A stretch of DNA of 64,000 bases from an uncultured Pseudomonadales bacterium (GCA_964518405.1 CAZFGB010000044.1:14862-78861), one strand, 5' to 3'. Counted from the first letter of the stretch, positions 1-10,079 are shown. The notes: generated by a model not told the origin, from the letters alone. Translations and numbers: made by a program.

Positions 1-57
1 GGCAATGAAGGCCACATCCTCGTTGCTCCAGTAGAGGATGATCTCGTACTTGTACAT
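1..57 (-). CDS. hicB: HicB-family antitoxin, N-terminal fragment running off the window edge
   Basis: Reverse complement of 1-57 reads MYKYEIILYWSNEDVAFIA, a typical HicB N-terminus. Its ATG (55-57) overlaps the hicA stop (57-59) as ATGA. Confidence 0.6.
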   Translation of the reverse strand, partial: MYKYEIILYWSNEDVAFIA

Positions 58-311
58 CAGTCGTCGCCTCCTAGTCGGTATTTCAGTGCCAGACGTCGAA
101 ACTGCCTGACTTGGTACGGCTTCGCGTGCCCGTTATCCCGTTGCAGGTTCACCTTCTCGGGAATGCCCTGCCTGCGGTACACGTGGTGGCTGCCGCGTAT
201 ACGCTCGTCGAAGCCAAGGTATCGCATCAGCGCTCGCAGGCCCGCGAAACGGATGTTGGCGTCCGATCTGCCGCCCAGTATCGTGCGCAGGAGCCGTTCA
301 TGCCGGTTCAC
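57..311 (-). CDS. hicA: HicA-family mRNA-interferase toxin
   Basis: 84 aa. The segment LMRYLGFDERIRGSHHVYRR...HAKPYQVRQ matches the YcfA/HicA pattern (GF..R..GSH). Translationally coupled to hicB. An A/T-rich putative promoter region lies at 312-415. Confidence 0.8.
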   Translation of the reverse strand: MNRHERLLRTILGGRSDANIRFAGLRALMRYLGFDERIRGSHHVYRRQGIPEKVNLQRDNGHAKPYQVRQFRRLALKYRLGGDD

Positions 312-415
312 GCCCCGTCACCCCGCCGCCGAAGCTACAGATTATAGGTGTAAGTTTATCAATCTATTAAGAAAAAATAGGTAGAACGTTCTGAATACGA
401 ATTTGGTCCCGTGAG

Positions 416-1675
416 CTAGGGAATGATCTTCTCGAGCCGGGCGAGCAGCTTGTCGCTCGCGCCCCGGTTGGCGTCGACGACGTCGCGCGCCGCTTGGCCC
501 TGGGATCGGCGCCGCTCCGGGTCGCCGAGGAGGTCTGCGACGGCGCCAATCAAGGTGTCGGCATCAACTGAACCCAAACAGCCGGCTTCCTCGAACCGCT
601 GGGTGATCTCGGCGAAATTGAAGCGGTGGCCGGCCATCAGCATCGGCGTACCGTGGATCGCCGCTTCTATGGGGTTATGACCGCCGACGGGCACCAGGCT
701 GCCGCCCAGGAAGGCGACCTGCGCGACTCCGTACCAGTAGAGCAGTTGGCCCATGACGTCGACGATCAACACTTGCGTCCTGTCTTCTCCGGACCTGCCT
801 TCCGACAGACGGACGCAGGTCAGACCCGCCCGCCCGCACAGGCGGGACACGTCTGCGGCACGACGCGGGTGGCGAGGAACGAGTACCAGCAACAGATTCG
901 GGAACCGGTGGAGCAGTTCCGCATGCGAGGAGAGCACGATTTCCTCTTCGCCCGGATGGGTGCTGCCGGCGATCCAGGCTTGCCGGTCGGGCGTCCACTG
1001 CTGGCGCAGGCGCGCGACTTCGCCGTCCAGATCCTCCGGGATATCGAGATCGAACTTGATGCTGCCGGTCACTTCGAGCCGCGCCGCGTCCGCGCCGAGG
1101 GTTTCGAACCGGCGCGCGGTTTCGGGGTATTGGCAGAACAGGTGATCAACGTCCCGCAACATCGAGCGCGTCAGGCTGGAGACGCGCGCGTAGCCGCGGG
1201 CGGAGCGTTCCGACAGGCGGGCGTTGACGAGGCAGGTGGGCACGCCGCGGCGCCTGGTCCGGCGGAGGATGTTCGGCCACAGTTCGGTTTCCATCAGCAC
1301 CAGCGCCCGCGGCTCGACGCGGCGCAGGAACCGGGCGACGGCCCAGGGATAGTCGTAGGGCGCGTAGCAGTGATCGACGATGCCACCCAGCCGCTTGACC
1401 ACCTGCTCGCTGCCGGCCGGCGTCGTGGCGGTCACCAGGAATCGCTTGTCCGGCATCCGGGCCTTGAGCGCGCGTATCGTCGGCGCCGCTCCGATCGCCT
1501 CGCCGGCGGAAACCGTGTGGAACCAGACCACGTCCCGTCCCACGCTGTCGGGCACCCGGCCCCAGCGCTCGGCGCGTCTCTCGGCGTAAGCGGGTTCGCT
1601 CCTGGCCCTTGCGAACAGTCTTAGCCAAACAAGGGGCAAGGCGAGCAGCAGCAGCAGGTGGTAGACAACGCGCAT
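416..1675 (-). CDS. waaA: 3-deoxy-D-manno-octulosonic acid (Kdo) transferase
   Basis: MRVVYHLLLLLALPLVWLRL...WFHTVSAGEAIGAAP...LVPVGGHNPIEAA is typical WaaA/KdtA. Start chosen at the membrane-anchor Met (1675), not the upstream ORF start at 1819. Confidence 0.85.
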   Translation of the reverse strand: MRVVYHLLLLLALPLVWLRLFARARSEPAYAERRAERWGRVPDSVGRDVVWFHTVSAGEAIGAAPTIRALKARMPDKRFLVTATTPAGSEQVVKRLGGIVDHCYAPYDYPWAVARFLRRVEPRALVLMETELWPNILRRTRRRGVPTCLVNARLSERSARGYARVSSLTRSMLRDVDHLFCQYPETARRFETLGADAARLEVTGSIKFDLDIPEDLDGEVARLRQQWTPDRQAWIAGSTHPGEEEIVLSSHAELLHRFPNLLLVLVPRHPRRAADVSRLCGRAGLTCVRLSEGRSGEDRTQVLIVDVMGQLLYWYGVAQVAFLGGSLVPVGGHNPIEAAIHGTPMLMAGHRFNFAEITQRFEEAGCLGSVDADTLIGAVADLLGDPERRRSQGQAARDVVDANRGASDKLLARLEKIIP

Positions 1676-1870
1676 CGTTTTCGCCCCCATGCAATTCGCC
1701 CCCATGCAAAGAGTCCCGCTTGGCCCCCAGAAGACCTCAATGATCCCGCGCATGCATTCTGCGAATCGTACACCGAAGGCGCTGCGGGGATCGTGTTCAC
1801 GGCGTTGCCACGTTGCCAACGGCCCTTCCCTTCGGTTCCAGATACCTGAACTCCCGCGTGCGCGTAGCGT

Positions 1871-3112
1871 TTGTTCGCGAATGACCCCTGTGCTAAAAAA
1901 GAACGGCGAATCTTGGGGGAACCATTCCGGAACCCGTCGGGAACCCGTTGGGGACCCCCCAACTCACTTTGGGAAGGGAGAATTGTCATAGACATTGGGT
2001 ACTTTACTACCTGGCCGGCGAAGCACGGCGAATCCGAAGCGGAATGCTTCGCCAACAACTTCAACGACTGCAAGACCGTGGACGAGATGGGGTGGGACGT
2101 CGTCTGGACCGCGTCAACCCCGTTGGCGGGGGTGAACCCCGAGCCATTCGTGCTGTCCTCCGCGATCGCCGGGATGACCAAGCAGATCAAGATCGGGACC
2201 GCGGTCCACCTTCTGCATAACCTGAAGCTGCCCGGGGAAAAATATCTGACGGACGTTCAGGCGGGCGGTCAAACCATCGTCAGGAGGGGGATCGTGGCCG
2301 AAAGGCGCAGCTACTCCTTCGATCAGTTGTTGCCGCCGGACCCGATCATCATCGCGCAGGAAGTCGCGATGGTCGACCACATCAGCAATGGCCGTTTCAT
2401 CTACGGCGTCGGGGGAGACACGGCGGGCGACGAGACACGCCGGAGGCATTTCCTGGAGTTCCTCGAGGTCCTGAAGACCATCTGGACGGACGAAGGGGAC
2501 TTCTCGGGATTCGAGGGGGAGTTCTACAACTATCCCGCGCCCCCGGCCGGCATGAAGGTCAGCCCCAAGCCGGTCCAGAAGCCCCATCCTCCGATTTTGC
2601 TGGCGGTCGACAGCCAGCAAGGCTTCGTGCCCATGGGAGAGATGGGCTACCGGGTCGGCATCCGGGGCAACATCGACGCGCAACGCGGCACCAAGTACGG
2701 GAAAGAGGGGGACTCCGTCCTGAAGCAGGATGTCGACAAGTACCGGCAGGCCTATATGGACGCTGGGCACACGGGCAATCCGGGTGTGGCGATCCGCATC
2801 CCCACGCACGTCGCCGGGACCCGGAAGGAGGCCAACCGCTTCAAGGAAGCCCTTGCTGAAGAGCGCGCGCAACGGGCAGTGGCGATGGGACGGCCGAGTC
2901 CCGCCGCAGGTCGCCTGGATGGCCGTTCCGCGAACTCGACGGAACTGTTCGGGACGCCGGAAGAGGTTGTGGATCGGATTCACGAACTGCAGGAACTCTT
3001 CGGCGTAGACGAGCTGTTGTGCGAACTGCACCTGGGAAACTCCGTCACGCGCGAAAGCATGCAGAAAGTCATGCGGGTCATGACCGACAAGGTGCTCCCG
3101 CAGGTCAAGTAA
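1871..3112 (+). CDS. Luciferase-like monooxygenase (LLM-class flavin-dependent oxidoreductase)
   Basis: Homology begins at IDIGYFTTW... (about 1982) and continues through ...IAQEVAMVDHISNGRFIYGVG.... The true start is uncertain. The ATG at 1871 adds about 37 non-conserved residues, and no canonical start lies next to the GGGAGA motif at about 1976. Confidence 0.7.
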   Translation: MFANDPCAKKERRILGEPFRNPSGTRWGPPNSLWEGRIVIDIGYFTTWPAKHGESEAECFANNFNDCKTVDEMGWDVVWTASTPLAGVNPEPFVLSSAIAGMTKQIKIGTAVHLLHNLKLPGEKYLTDVQAGGQTIVRRGIVAERRSYSFDQLLPPDPIIIAQEVAMVDHISNGRFIYGVGGDTAGDETRRRHFLEFLEVLKTIWTDEGDFSGFEGEFYNYPAPPAGMKVSPKPVQKPHPPILLAVDSQQGFVPMGEMGYRVGIRGNIDAQRGTKYGKEGDSVLKQDVDKYRQAYMDAGHTGNPGVAIRIPTHVAGTRKEANRFKEALAEERAQRAVAMGRPSPAAGRLDGRSANSTELFGTPEEVVDRIHELQELFGVDELLCELHLGNSVTRESMQKVMRVMTDKVLPQVK

Positions 3113-3249
3113 AGGGCGACCTTCCGACCCAGCGCCCCGTCGGGGCACTTGCCGCCCGAATCGACCGGAAGTCGAGGCGCGAACCCGGTTCCCGTGCGGA
3201 AAGTCCGGGGGCGCATACTATGCGCGCCTACCGTGACCGCGAGGACGAC

Positions 3250-4428
3250 ATGGCCATCCTGCAGGACGTTCGGGTGCTGGACTACAGCCGCTACATCGCC
3301 GGGCCGTTCTGCGGCATGTTGCTTGCCGATCTCGGCGCCGATGTCATTCGAATCGAGAAGGTCGACGGCAGCGAGGACCGCTACTACCAGCCGGTGACCG
3401 AGGATGGCCAAGGCGGCACCTTCATGGCGCTGAACCGGAACAAGCGCGGAATGACGCTGAATCCGCGCAAACCGGAAGGTCAGGAGATCCAGCGACGGCT
3501 CGTCGCAACGGCGGATGTCGTCATCGCGAACCTGCCGCCGGACACGCTCGCGTCCATGGGCCTCGACTACGCGAGCCTGTCGGCCATCAAGCCGGACATC
3601 ATTCTCACCACGAGCACCGCTTTCGGATCCGGCGGTCCGTATGGATCGCGGGTCGGTTTCGACGGCGTGGCGCAGGCGATGTCCGGCAACATGCACCTGA
3701 CCGGGTACGAAGATCCATTGAAGAACCACCTGCCCTACGTCGACTACGCCACCGCGTCCCTGAACGCGGTGGGCACTCTGGCGGCGATCATCCATCGCAT
3801 GCGCACCGGCGTTGGCCAGCACGTGGAAGGATGCCTCCTGGGTTCGGCGCTCACCATCGCCAACGGCGTGCTGATCGAGCAGGCGGTGCTTGAGAAGAAC
3901 CGGGTCGGCACGGGCAACCGGGGCCAGACCGCGGCGCCCTCCGACACCTTTCGCACGAAGGACGGCTGGCTGCTCGTGCAGGTGGCGGGCGACCCGCTGT
4001 TCGAGCGCTGGACGAAACTGATGGGCGAACCGCACTGGCTCGATGATCCCCGTTTCGCGACGGACCAGTTGCGGGGCGACAACGGTATCGAGATCAGCAA
4101 ACGCACCGCGATCTGGGCCGCCGAGCGGACCACGGCGGAGGCGATGGAGGAACTGGCGGCGGCGCGCATTCCGTGCGGCGAGGTATTGACGCCCGCCGCC
4201 GCCCTAACGAACGAGCAGGTGGTCGACCGGGAGTTCTTCGAACCCGTCGACTATCCGGGACTTTCGCGACCTGCCCCGTTGGCCCGGATGCCGCTGGACT
4301 TTTCGGGCATTGATCCCGCCATCAGGCGCCGGGCGCCGACCTTGAGCGAGCACACCGACGAGATTCTGGCCGAGCTCGGCTACGATGCGGGGTCGATCAA
4401 AGACCTGCGCGACCGCCGCGCTGTCTGA
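3250..4428 (+). CDS. Family III CoA-transferase (CaiB/BaiF-type)
   Basis: MAILQDVRVLDYSRYIAGPFCGMLLADLGADVIRIEK is the hallmark N-terminus. Start taken at the Met at 3250, with 3220 as an alternative. Confidence 0.85.
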   Translation: MAILQDVRVLDYSRYIAGPFCGMLLADLGADVIRIEKVDGSEDRYYQPVTEDGQGGTFMALNRNKRGMTLNPRKPEGQEIQRRLVATADVVIANLPPDTLASMGLDYASLSAIKPDIILTTSTAFGSGGPYGSRVGFDGVAQAMSGNMHLTGYEDPLKNHLPYVDYATASLNAVGTLAAIIHRMRTGVGQHVEGCLLGSALTIANGVLIEQAVLEKNRVGTGNRGQTAAPSDTFRTKDGWLLVQVAGDPLFERWTKLMGEPHWLDDPRFATDQLRGDNGIEISKRTAIWAAERTTAEAMEELAAARIPCGEVLTPAAALTNEQVVDREFFEPVDYPGLSRPAPLARMPLDFSGIDPAIRRRAPTLSEHTDEILAELGYDAGSIKDLRDRRAV

Positions 4429-4471
4429 TTGCGCGACGGATCGAACGCGTATCGACGTATAGTTACCAAGC

Positions 4472-6049
4472 ATGAGCATCACGGGAAAACCGCGCGTCGT
4501 ACTGATCGCCGTCGTACTGGTCGCCGCTGGCGGCGCCGCCTCGCTGTATGCCCTGGCGCCGTCCGGAGAGCAGATCGACTATCGGCTGAGCGCCGTGGAG
4601 GTGGGTGACATCGAGAGCGTCGTCCTCTCCGCCGGAACCCTGGCGGCGCTGAATACGGTCGTGGTCGGCTCCCAGCTCTCGGGGCAGGTGGCCGAACTGC
4701 ATGCCGACTTCAATGACACCGTGGAGGCGGGCGAGATCGTGGCCCGCATCGACCCGAGGACTTTCGAGGCGCGGGTGCTGCAGAACCAGGCGGATGTCGC
4801 CGTCGCGACAGGCAACATAGAAAGCCGCAAGGCGGATCTTGAGCGCGCCGAGGCGACCCTGCGGCAGGCCGAACGCGAACTCGCGCGCCGGCAGACGCTG
4901 CAGGAGCGCGGGCATGTTTCGGCGACGGAGCTTGACCGGGACATCACGCTGGTGGAAACGTCGCAGGCGCAGGTGGCCGTGGCGAAGGCGGCCATCGGCA
5001 ATGCGCGGGCGACGCTGGAGCAGCGCCAGGCGGCCTTGGCGCAGTCCAAACTCGACTTCGAACGAACCTACATCCGTTCACCGGTCTCCGGCACCGTAAT
5101 CAACCGGCGGGTGGAGCTGGGTCAGACCGTGGCGGCGAGTTTCTCGGCGCCGGAACTTTTCGAGATCGGCCAGGATTTGCATCGGATGAAGGTCGAAGCG
5201 AGCGTCGACGAGGCCGACATCGGTCGCATCCGCGAAGGCATGCCGTGCCGGTTCACGGTGGACGCATACCCGGACCGGCGCTTCTTCGGGCGCATCCAGC
5301 AGATACGCAAGGCCCCGAACATCGTGCAGAACGTGGTGACGTACAAGGTCATCATTACCGCCGACAACAACGACCTGGCGCTTTTGCCCGGCATGACGGC
5401 GAGCGTGCAGATCGTGTTGGGAAGCAAGAGCGATGTACTCAAGGTGCCGAATGCGGCGCTGCGTTTCGCCCCGCGGGGCACCGTCCGGGAAACACCGCGC
5501 GCTGGCTCTCAACGTTCTGCCTCACCGGCACAGTTCGGTGGAGGTGCCCGCGGCGGCGGGCCAGGGGGAGGCGGTCGCGGAGAAGGCTTTGGCGGAGGCG
5601 GCCGGGACGGCGGTTTCGCTGGAGGCGGTCGAGGCGGCGGAGGTCGAGGCGGCCTCGCTGAAACGGTTCGAACCGAGCTTGAGCTGACCCCCGAACAAGA
5701 CAGGCAACTGGACGAGATAACGGAGGCGCAACGCGACAGCAGGCGCGAGGCATTTCAGTCGGCCGGCGGCGACCGCGAGGCCATGCGCGCTCGCATGCAG
5801 TCGATGCGCGCGGCCATGGAGCGGGAAATCGAAGCCATCCTGACGCCGGAGCAACTGGAGAAACTGCGGGCCTTGCAGGACAGGACCGCTGGCGGGCACC
5901 GGGCGACGGTCTGGCTATTGGGAGACGACGGCGAGCCGGAAGAGCGGCGCATATTGGTCGGCCTGCACGACGATGAGGCGACGGAGGTCATCTCCGGTCT
6001 GGAGGAAGGCGAGGAGGTGGTCGTGCGCGCCGTGTATGCGGAGAGCTGA
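4472..6049 (+). CDS. HlyD/MacA-type periplasmic adaptor with a large Gly/Arg-rich plus LTPEQ insertion
   Basis: N-terminal TM segment, coiled-coil hairpin, and the motifs YIRSPVSGTV and VLKVPNAALRF. Co-oriented with, and touching, the ABC ATPase gene. The insertion covers about aa 335-477. Confidence 0.8.
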   Translation: MSITGKPRVVLIAVVLVAAGGAASLYALAPSGEQIDYRLSAVEVGDIESVVLSAGTLAALNTVVVGSQLSGQVAELHADFNDTVEAGEIVARIDPRTFEARVLQNQADVAVATGNIESRKADLERAEATLRQAERELARRQTLQERGHVSATELDRDITLVETSQAQVAVAKAAIGNARATLEQRQAALAQSKLDFERTYIRSPVSGTVINRRVELGQTVAASFSAPELFEIGQDLHRMKVEASVDEADIGRIREGMPCRFTVDAYPDRRFFGRIQQIRKAPNIVQNVVTYKVIITADNNDLALLPGMTASVQIVLGSKSDVLKVPNAALRFAPRGTVRETPRAGSQRSASPAQFGGGARGGGPGGGGRGEGFGGGGRDGGFAGGGRGGGGRGGLAETVRTELELTPEQDRQLDEITEAQRDSRREAFQSAGGDREAMRARMQSMRAAMEREIEAILTPEQLEKLRALQDRTAGGHRATVWLLGDDGEPEERRILVGLHDDEATEVISGLEEGEEVVVRAVYAES

Positions 6050-6750
6050 TGGCCTTCCTTCGCTGCCAGGATGTCCACAAGGACTACATCGTCGGCACGC
6101 AGACGGTGCGCGCGCTCGACGGCGTATCGGTAACCATCGACCGGGGCGAGTTCGTTTCCGTGATGGGCCCGTCCGGCTCCGGAAAGTCCACGTTCATGAA
6201 CCTGATCGGCTGCCTCGACAGGCCGAACAGCGGCAGCATCGAACTCGACGGCGAGTACGTATCGGACCTGACGAGTGACGACCTGGCGGGCGTGCGCAAC
6301 CGCAAGATCGGTTTCGTGTTCCAGCAATTCAACCTGCTCGGACGCACCACCGCCCTGGACAACGTCGCCCTGCCGCTGCTATACGGGGGCGTCGATCGGG
6401 CCGAGCGCACCCGGCGTGCTGGCGAGGCACTGGAGCGGGTCGGTCTCGACGACCGCGCACAACACCTGCCGTCGCAGCTCTCGGGCGGCCAACAGCAGCG
6501 CGTGGCGATCGCCCGCGCCCTCGTCAACTCTCCCGACATGCTGCTCGCCGACGAGCCGACAGGTGCCCTCGACACGGCGACGGGCACCGAGATCATGAAC
6601 CTGTTCCAGGCGCTCAACGGGGCGGGGCTTACGGTGATCGTCGTGACGCACGAGGCGGAAGTCGCCGACTACGCCCGCCGAATCCTGAGGTTTCGGGACG
6701 GCGTCATCACCGCAGACACGATGGACGAGGTTCGCGATGTCGCTGTTTGA
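6049..6750 (+). CDS. ABC transporter ATP-binding protein (MacB/LolD-type)
   Basis: Walker [10 protein letters not shown], signature LSGGQQQR, Walker B LLADEPT. Its start abuts the adaptor stop. Confidence 0.9.
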   Translation: MAFLRCQDVHKDYIVGTQTVRALDGVSVTIDRGEFVSVMGPSGSGKSTFMNLIGCLDRPNSGSIELDGEYVSDLTSDDLAGVRNRKIGFVFQQFNLLGRTTALDNVALPLLYGGVDRAERTRRAGEALERVGLDDRAQHLPSQLSGGQQQRVAIARALVNSPDMLLADEPTGALDTATGTEIMNLFQALNGAGLTVIVVTHEAEVADYARRILRFRDGVITADTMDEVRDVAV

Positions 6751-7969
6751 GCTGGTTCGCGTCGCCTTCGACGCGCTGCGCGTGAACATGCTGCGCAGCT
6801 TCCTGACGATGTTGGGCATCGTCATCGGCGTGGGCGCCGTCATCGCCATGGTCACGGTGGGCGCGGGCGCCCACGCGGAGGTGGACCGGCAAATCCAGGC
6901 ACTCGGCAGCAACCTGCTGATGATCAGGTCCGGTTCGAGGTTTTTTGGCGGGGCGCGCACCGCTGCGGGCAGCGCCCAATCCCTGACCGTGGAGGACACG
7001 CGGGCGCTGAAGGCGGAGATTCCTGAAATCCTGGCGGCGGCGTCCACGAATCGCGGGTCCGCCCAGGTCGTCGTCGGCAACCAGAACTGGTCGACCACCG
7101 TCTATGGCATCGACGCCGACTACCTGATCGCCCGCAACTGGGAGATATCCCAAGGCAGGGAATTCGAGCCGAGCGAATATCGAAACGGCGCCAAGGTCGT
7201 CCTGTTGGGCAACACGGTCGTCAACGAACTGTTCGGCGCGGGGAACGTGGTCGGACAAGCGATACGGATCAAGAATGTCCCGTTCACCGTCGTTGGGGCG
7301 CTCAAGGGCAAGGGGCAGTCGTTCGGTCCCTGGGACCAGGACGACACCATCATGGTGCCGTTCAAGACCGCCCAGGGACGCCTGCTCGGAAAGTCGCAGC
7401 ACCGAAGCGACTCCGTTCGCGACATCTACATCTCGGTGAGAGATCCGCGGTCAATGGACTACGTGCAGCAGGAGATCGCCGACGTCCTGCGCCAGCGGCA
7501 CCGTATCGGACCGGGACAGCAGGACACTTTCTCGATCCGCAACATGACCGAGATGGTGGAAGCGCGCGCCGAGGCGAACCAGATATTCAACATGCTGCTG
7601 GCCGCCGTCGCGTCGGTATCGCTCGTCGTCGGCGGGATCGGCATCATGAACATCATGCTGGTGTCGGTCACCGAACGCACCCGGGAGATCGGCTTGCGCA
7701 TGGCCGTCGGCGCGAAGGAGCGCGACATCATGCTGCAGTTCCTGGTGGAAGCCGTGACGTTATGCCTGCTCGGCGGACTCATCGGCATCGTCGTCGCGCT
7801 TGCGGTCACCGTCGGCGTGGCCGAGATCGCGGACTGGCCGGTCCTCGTGGAGTGGCCGATCATCTTTGTCGCCGTGGCGTTTTCGGGCGCGATCGGCATT
7901 TTCTTCGGTTTCTATCCGGCGCGAAAGGCCGCCGCGAAGGACCCGATCGAAGCATTGCGCACCGAGTAG
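6737..7969 (+). CDS. ABC transporter permease (MacB/FtsX-type, with periplasmic domain)
   Basis: [39 protein letters not shown]..., C-terminal FtsX-like 3-TM bundle, ...YPARKAAAKDPIEALRTE. Overlaps the ATPase gene by 14 nt. Confidence 0.9.
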   Translation: MSLFELVRVAFDALRVNMLRSFLTMLGIVIGVGAVIAMVTVGAGAHAEVDRQIQALGSNLLMIRSGSRFFGGARTAAGSAQSLTVEDTRALKAEIPEILAAASTNRGSAQVVVGNQNWSTTVYGIDADYLIARNWEISQGREFEPSEYRNGAKVVLLGNTVVNELFGAGNVVGQAIRIKNVPFTVVGALKGKGQSFGPWDQDDTIMVPFKTAQGRLLGKSQHRSDSVRDIYISVRDPRSMDYVQQEIADVLRQRHRIGPGQQDTFSIRNMTEMVEARAEANQIFNMLLAAVASVSLVVGGIGIMNIMLVSVTERTREIGLRMAVGAKERDIMLQFLVEAVTLCLLGGLIGIVVALAVTVGVAEIADWPVLVEWPIIFVAVAFSGAIGIFFGFYPARKAAAKDPIEALRTE

Positions 7970-8104
7970 CGCCCCGGCGGATTCGGCCCGGGTCGACAAT
8001 CCACTCCGCAGCGTCCGCAATGGACACGCGGTTGCTTGTTCGCTTACCTTGCTGCGATGTCGCCCTGTTACGGGGCGTGAAACCTTGCGGTTGGAGGACG
8101 TTGC

Positions 8105-8989
8105 ATGCGGTTCAGCGTTTGCCTGAAAACGCACGAGCCTTTCGACGACCTGGTCGAGGTCGCCAACCACGCCGAGCGCACGGGATGGGACGGCCTCTGG
8201 TACACGGACCACTTCCACGCCGGCCCCGGGGAGCCCCGCCCCGAATGCTGGATCACGCTTGCTGCGCTTGCCGCGAGGGTGCCGCGCGTCCGCATAGGCT
8301 CGCTGGTGACCGGAAACACGTTCCGCCATCCCCCGGTACTGGCGAAAATGGCGGCCACGCTGGATCACATCAGCGGCGGCCGTGTCGTTCTCGGCCTCGG
8401 CGCCGCCTGGTCCGAGAACGAGCATCGCCAGTACGGCATCCCGTACTACACCGCGGCCGAGCGATTGCGGCGGCTCGACGAGGCGTGCGCGGTGATCAAG
8501 CTGCTCTTCAACCAGTCGGTCAGCGACTTCGACGGCCGCTACTACCAGCTCGAACGGGCAATCCTGGAACCGAAGCCCGTCCAGAATCCCTTGCCGCTCC
8601 TGATCGGCGGCGGCGGCGAAAAGATGACGCTCAGGATTACCGCCAAACACGCAGACGAGTGGAACATCTACGGCAATGTCGCGACGATGAAACACAAGAT
8701 GCGCATCCTGGACCAGCATTGCGCTGACATCGGTCGGGAACCCAAGGAGATCGAACGATCCGCCGCCGCCGCGCTGTGGATGAGCGAGGACAAGGCCTAC
8801 ATCGACGACTTGAAACGCCGTAGGGGACAGGGTGCCATGATCGGCTCCGTCGAGGAGATCAGGGAGGTTGTCGAGCAATACGCCGCCGCTGGCGTCGACG
8901 AACTGATCATCGCGGATTACAACCTCGGCTCGAAGGCGCAGCGGATCGCGACGATGGACACCTTCGTCAAGGAGGTCGCGGGGCGTTAA
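8105..8989 (+). CDS. LLM-class oxidoreductase (F420-dependent-type subfamily)
   Basis: ...GWDGLWYTDHF...IGSLVTGNTFRHPPVLAKMAATLDHISGGRVVLGLGAAW... is typical of this LLM subfamily. Confidence 0.8.
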   Translation: MRFSVCLKTHEPFDDLVEVANHAERTGWDGLWYTDHFHAGPGEPRPECWITLAALAARVPRVRIGSLVTGNTFRHPPVLAKMAATLDHISGGRVVLGLGAAWSENEHRQYGIPYYTAAERLRRLDEACAVIKLLFNQSVSDFDGRYYQLERAILEPKPVQNPLPLLIGGGGEKMTLRITAKHADEWNIYGNVATMKHKMRILDQHCADIGREPKEIERSAAAALWMSEDKAYIDDLKRRRGQGAMIGSVEEIREVVEQYAAAGVDELIIADYNLGSKAQRIATMDTFVKEVAGR

Positions 8990-9411
8990 TCCGCCAGGTC
9001 GATCGTCTCCGCGCACTCCTCGAAGACCTGCACGAGCGCGCCGAACGTATCCTTGGGGTGCAGGTAAAAGTGCTTGAAGCTCGCCCGCTCGTCGTTGTAC
9101 CCGAGCACCCTGATCCCGTTCGATTCGAAGTGGTCCCGCGCCTCGGCCAGGTCGTCGACGGCGCAGGAAATGTGATGGAACCCTTCGCCGTACTTCGCCA
9201 GGTACTGCCCGACGGCCCCCTCTCCCGCCGTTCGAGGTGACACGAGCTCCACTTTCTTGCCGCCAAGGCGGAAAGTGATCCAATCGAAGCCCTCGGCCGG
9301 AGATTCTCCGGCGTCGCGCAGCAGTTCGCCGCCGAGAATGTCGCAGAACAGATCGCGCGCCCTGTCCATGTCCAGCACGCCTATCGAGACGTGGTCGAGT
9401 CGTTCCAGCAC
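8986..9411 (-). CDS. VOC/glyoxalase-family protein (methylmalonyl-CoA-epimerase-like)
   Basis: MLERLDHVSIGVLDMDRARDLF...FHHISCAVDDLAEA...HPKDTFGALVQV shows the paired beta-alpha-beta-beta-beta module pattern. Confidence 0.75.
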   Translation of the reverse strand: MLERLDHVSIGVLDMDRARDLFCDILGGELLRDAGESPAEGFDWITFRLGGKKVELVSPRTAGEGAVGQYLAKYGEGFHHISCAVDDLAEARDHFESNGIRVLGYNDERASFKHFYLHPKDTFGALVQVFEECAETIDLAD

Positions 9412-9539
9412 GTGTCAGCTTCCTCTGTGACTGGCGGTGCCGAATGCGACGCGTGGCCGATCCGACCGCCGTGTAAGATGGCGCAGTCTACCGCGAGGAG
9501 TGTGACGGATTGGCGCGTAGCCGAAAGGGAGCTGAACCA

Positions 9540-10079
9540 TTGTGGCCGGTGCCCCTGGTCGCCTGGTTGACCGTCCTCGCGTGCGTCGGAATGGCGGTGG
9601 CCGGGTGCCAGTACCAGCACGTCGATCCCCCATCCAGTTATAACCTGAGCGGCACCTGGGTGCTCAACGAAGGCAAAAGCGATGCGGCGCCCGACCCGGA
9701 CGAGATCCGTCGCCGCGAGGACGTCGACGTGCTGCGCGGCCGACAGCGCGACGCCCGGGCGTCGAGCGCGTTCGTGGTGCATGACTTCCCGGTCGTCGGC
9801 GCGAAACGCATGGTCATCGAGCAGGACGACTACTCGATGGGCATCGAGTACGCAGGCGGCGGCTACCGGGATGTGACCTGGGGGGAACGAACCCGCAACT
9901 ACTGGACCATTCGGGCCGGCTGGCGCGACGAAGCCCTCGTGATCGAATCCCGCCGGGACCCGATCAGTGGCACCGAAACGATGCGCCTGGAGGACAGCGG
10001 ACGCCAGTTGCGGGTGGAAGTGCTCGTAAGAACCGGCGGCCAGGATGTGCGCGCGGTGCGGGTGTTCGAGCGGCAATAG
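9540..10079 (+). CDS. Putative lipoprotein, function unknown
   Basis: LWPVPLVAWLTVLACVGMAVAGCQ is a signal peptide with a lipobox-like VAGC. A GGGAG motif lies 8 nt upstream of the TTG at 9540. The ORF track starts at 9510. Confidence 0.5.
   Translation: MWPVPLVAWLTVLACVGMAVAGCQYQHVDPPSSYNLSGTWVLNEGKSDAAPDPDEIRRREDVDVLRGRQRDARASSAFVVHDFPVVGAKRMVIEQDDYSMGIEYAGGGYRDVTWGERTRNYWTIRAGWRDEALVIESRRDPISGTETMRLEDSGRQLRVEVLVRTGGQDVRAVRVFERQ

Noticed and set aside
1621-2190. 189-aa minus-strand ORF in the waaA/LLM intergenic region
   Set aside because: It overlaps the 5' part of the LLM gene and the waaA upstream region. No motifs are recognisable and there is no RBS. It was treated as spurious.
5535-5660. 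G-rich repetitive DNA (GGCGG/GGAGG units); considered a non-coding repeat, a G-quadruplex array or a CRISPR-like structure
   Set aside because: It lies in frame inside the adaptor gene and encodes the Gly/Arg-rich linker. There is no repeat-spacer periodicity. The 27-bp repeats at 31026-31160 and the 42-bp repeats at 46769-47062 are likewise coding tandem repeats, not CRISPR.
7760-9283. 507-aa minus-strand ORF
   Set aside because: It is antisense to the MacB-type permease 3' end, the LLM gene and part of the VOC gene. The sequence is low-complexity and Arg-rich. Rejected as a shadow ORF. The same reasoning applies to 17007-18341(-), 27792-29213(-), 49287-50699(-), 59655-61124(-), 63141-63980(-) and similar ORFs.
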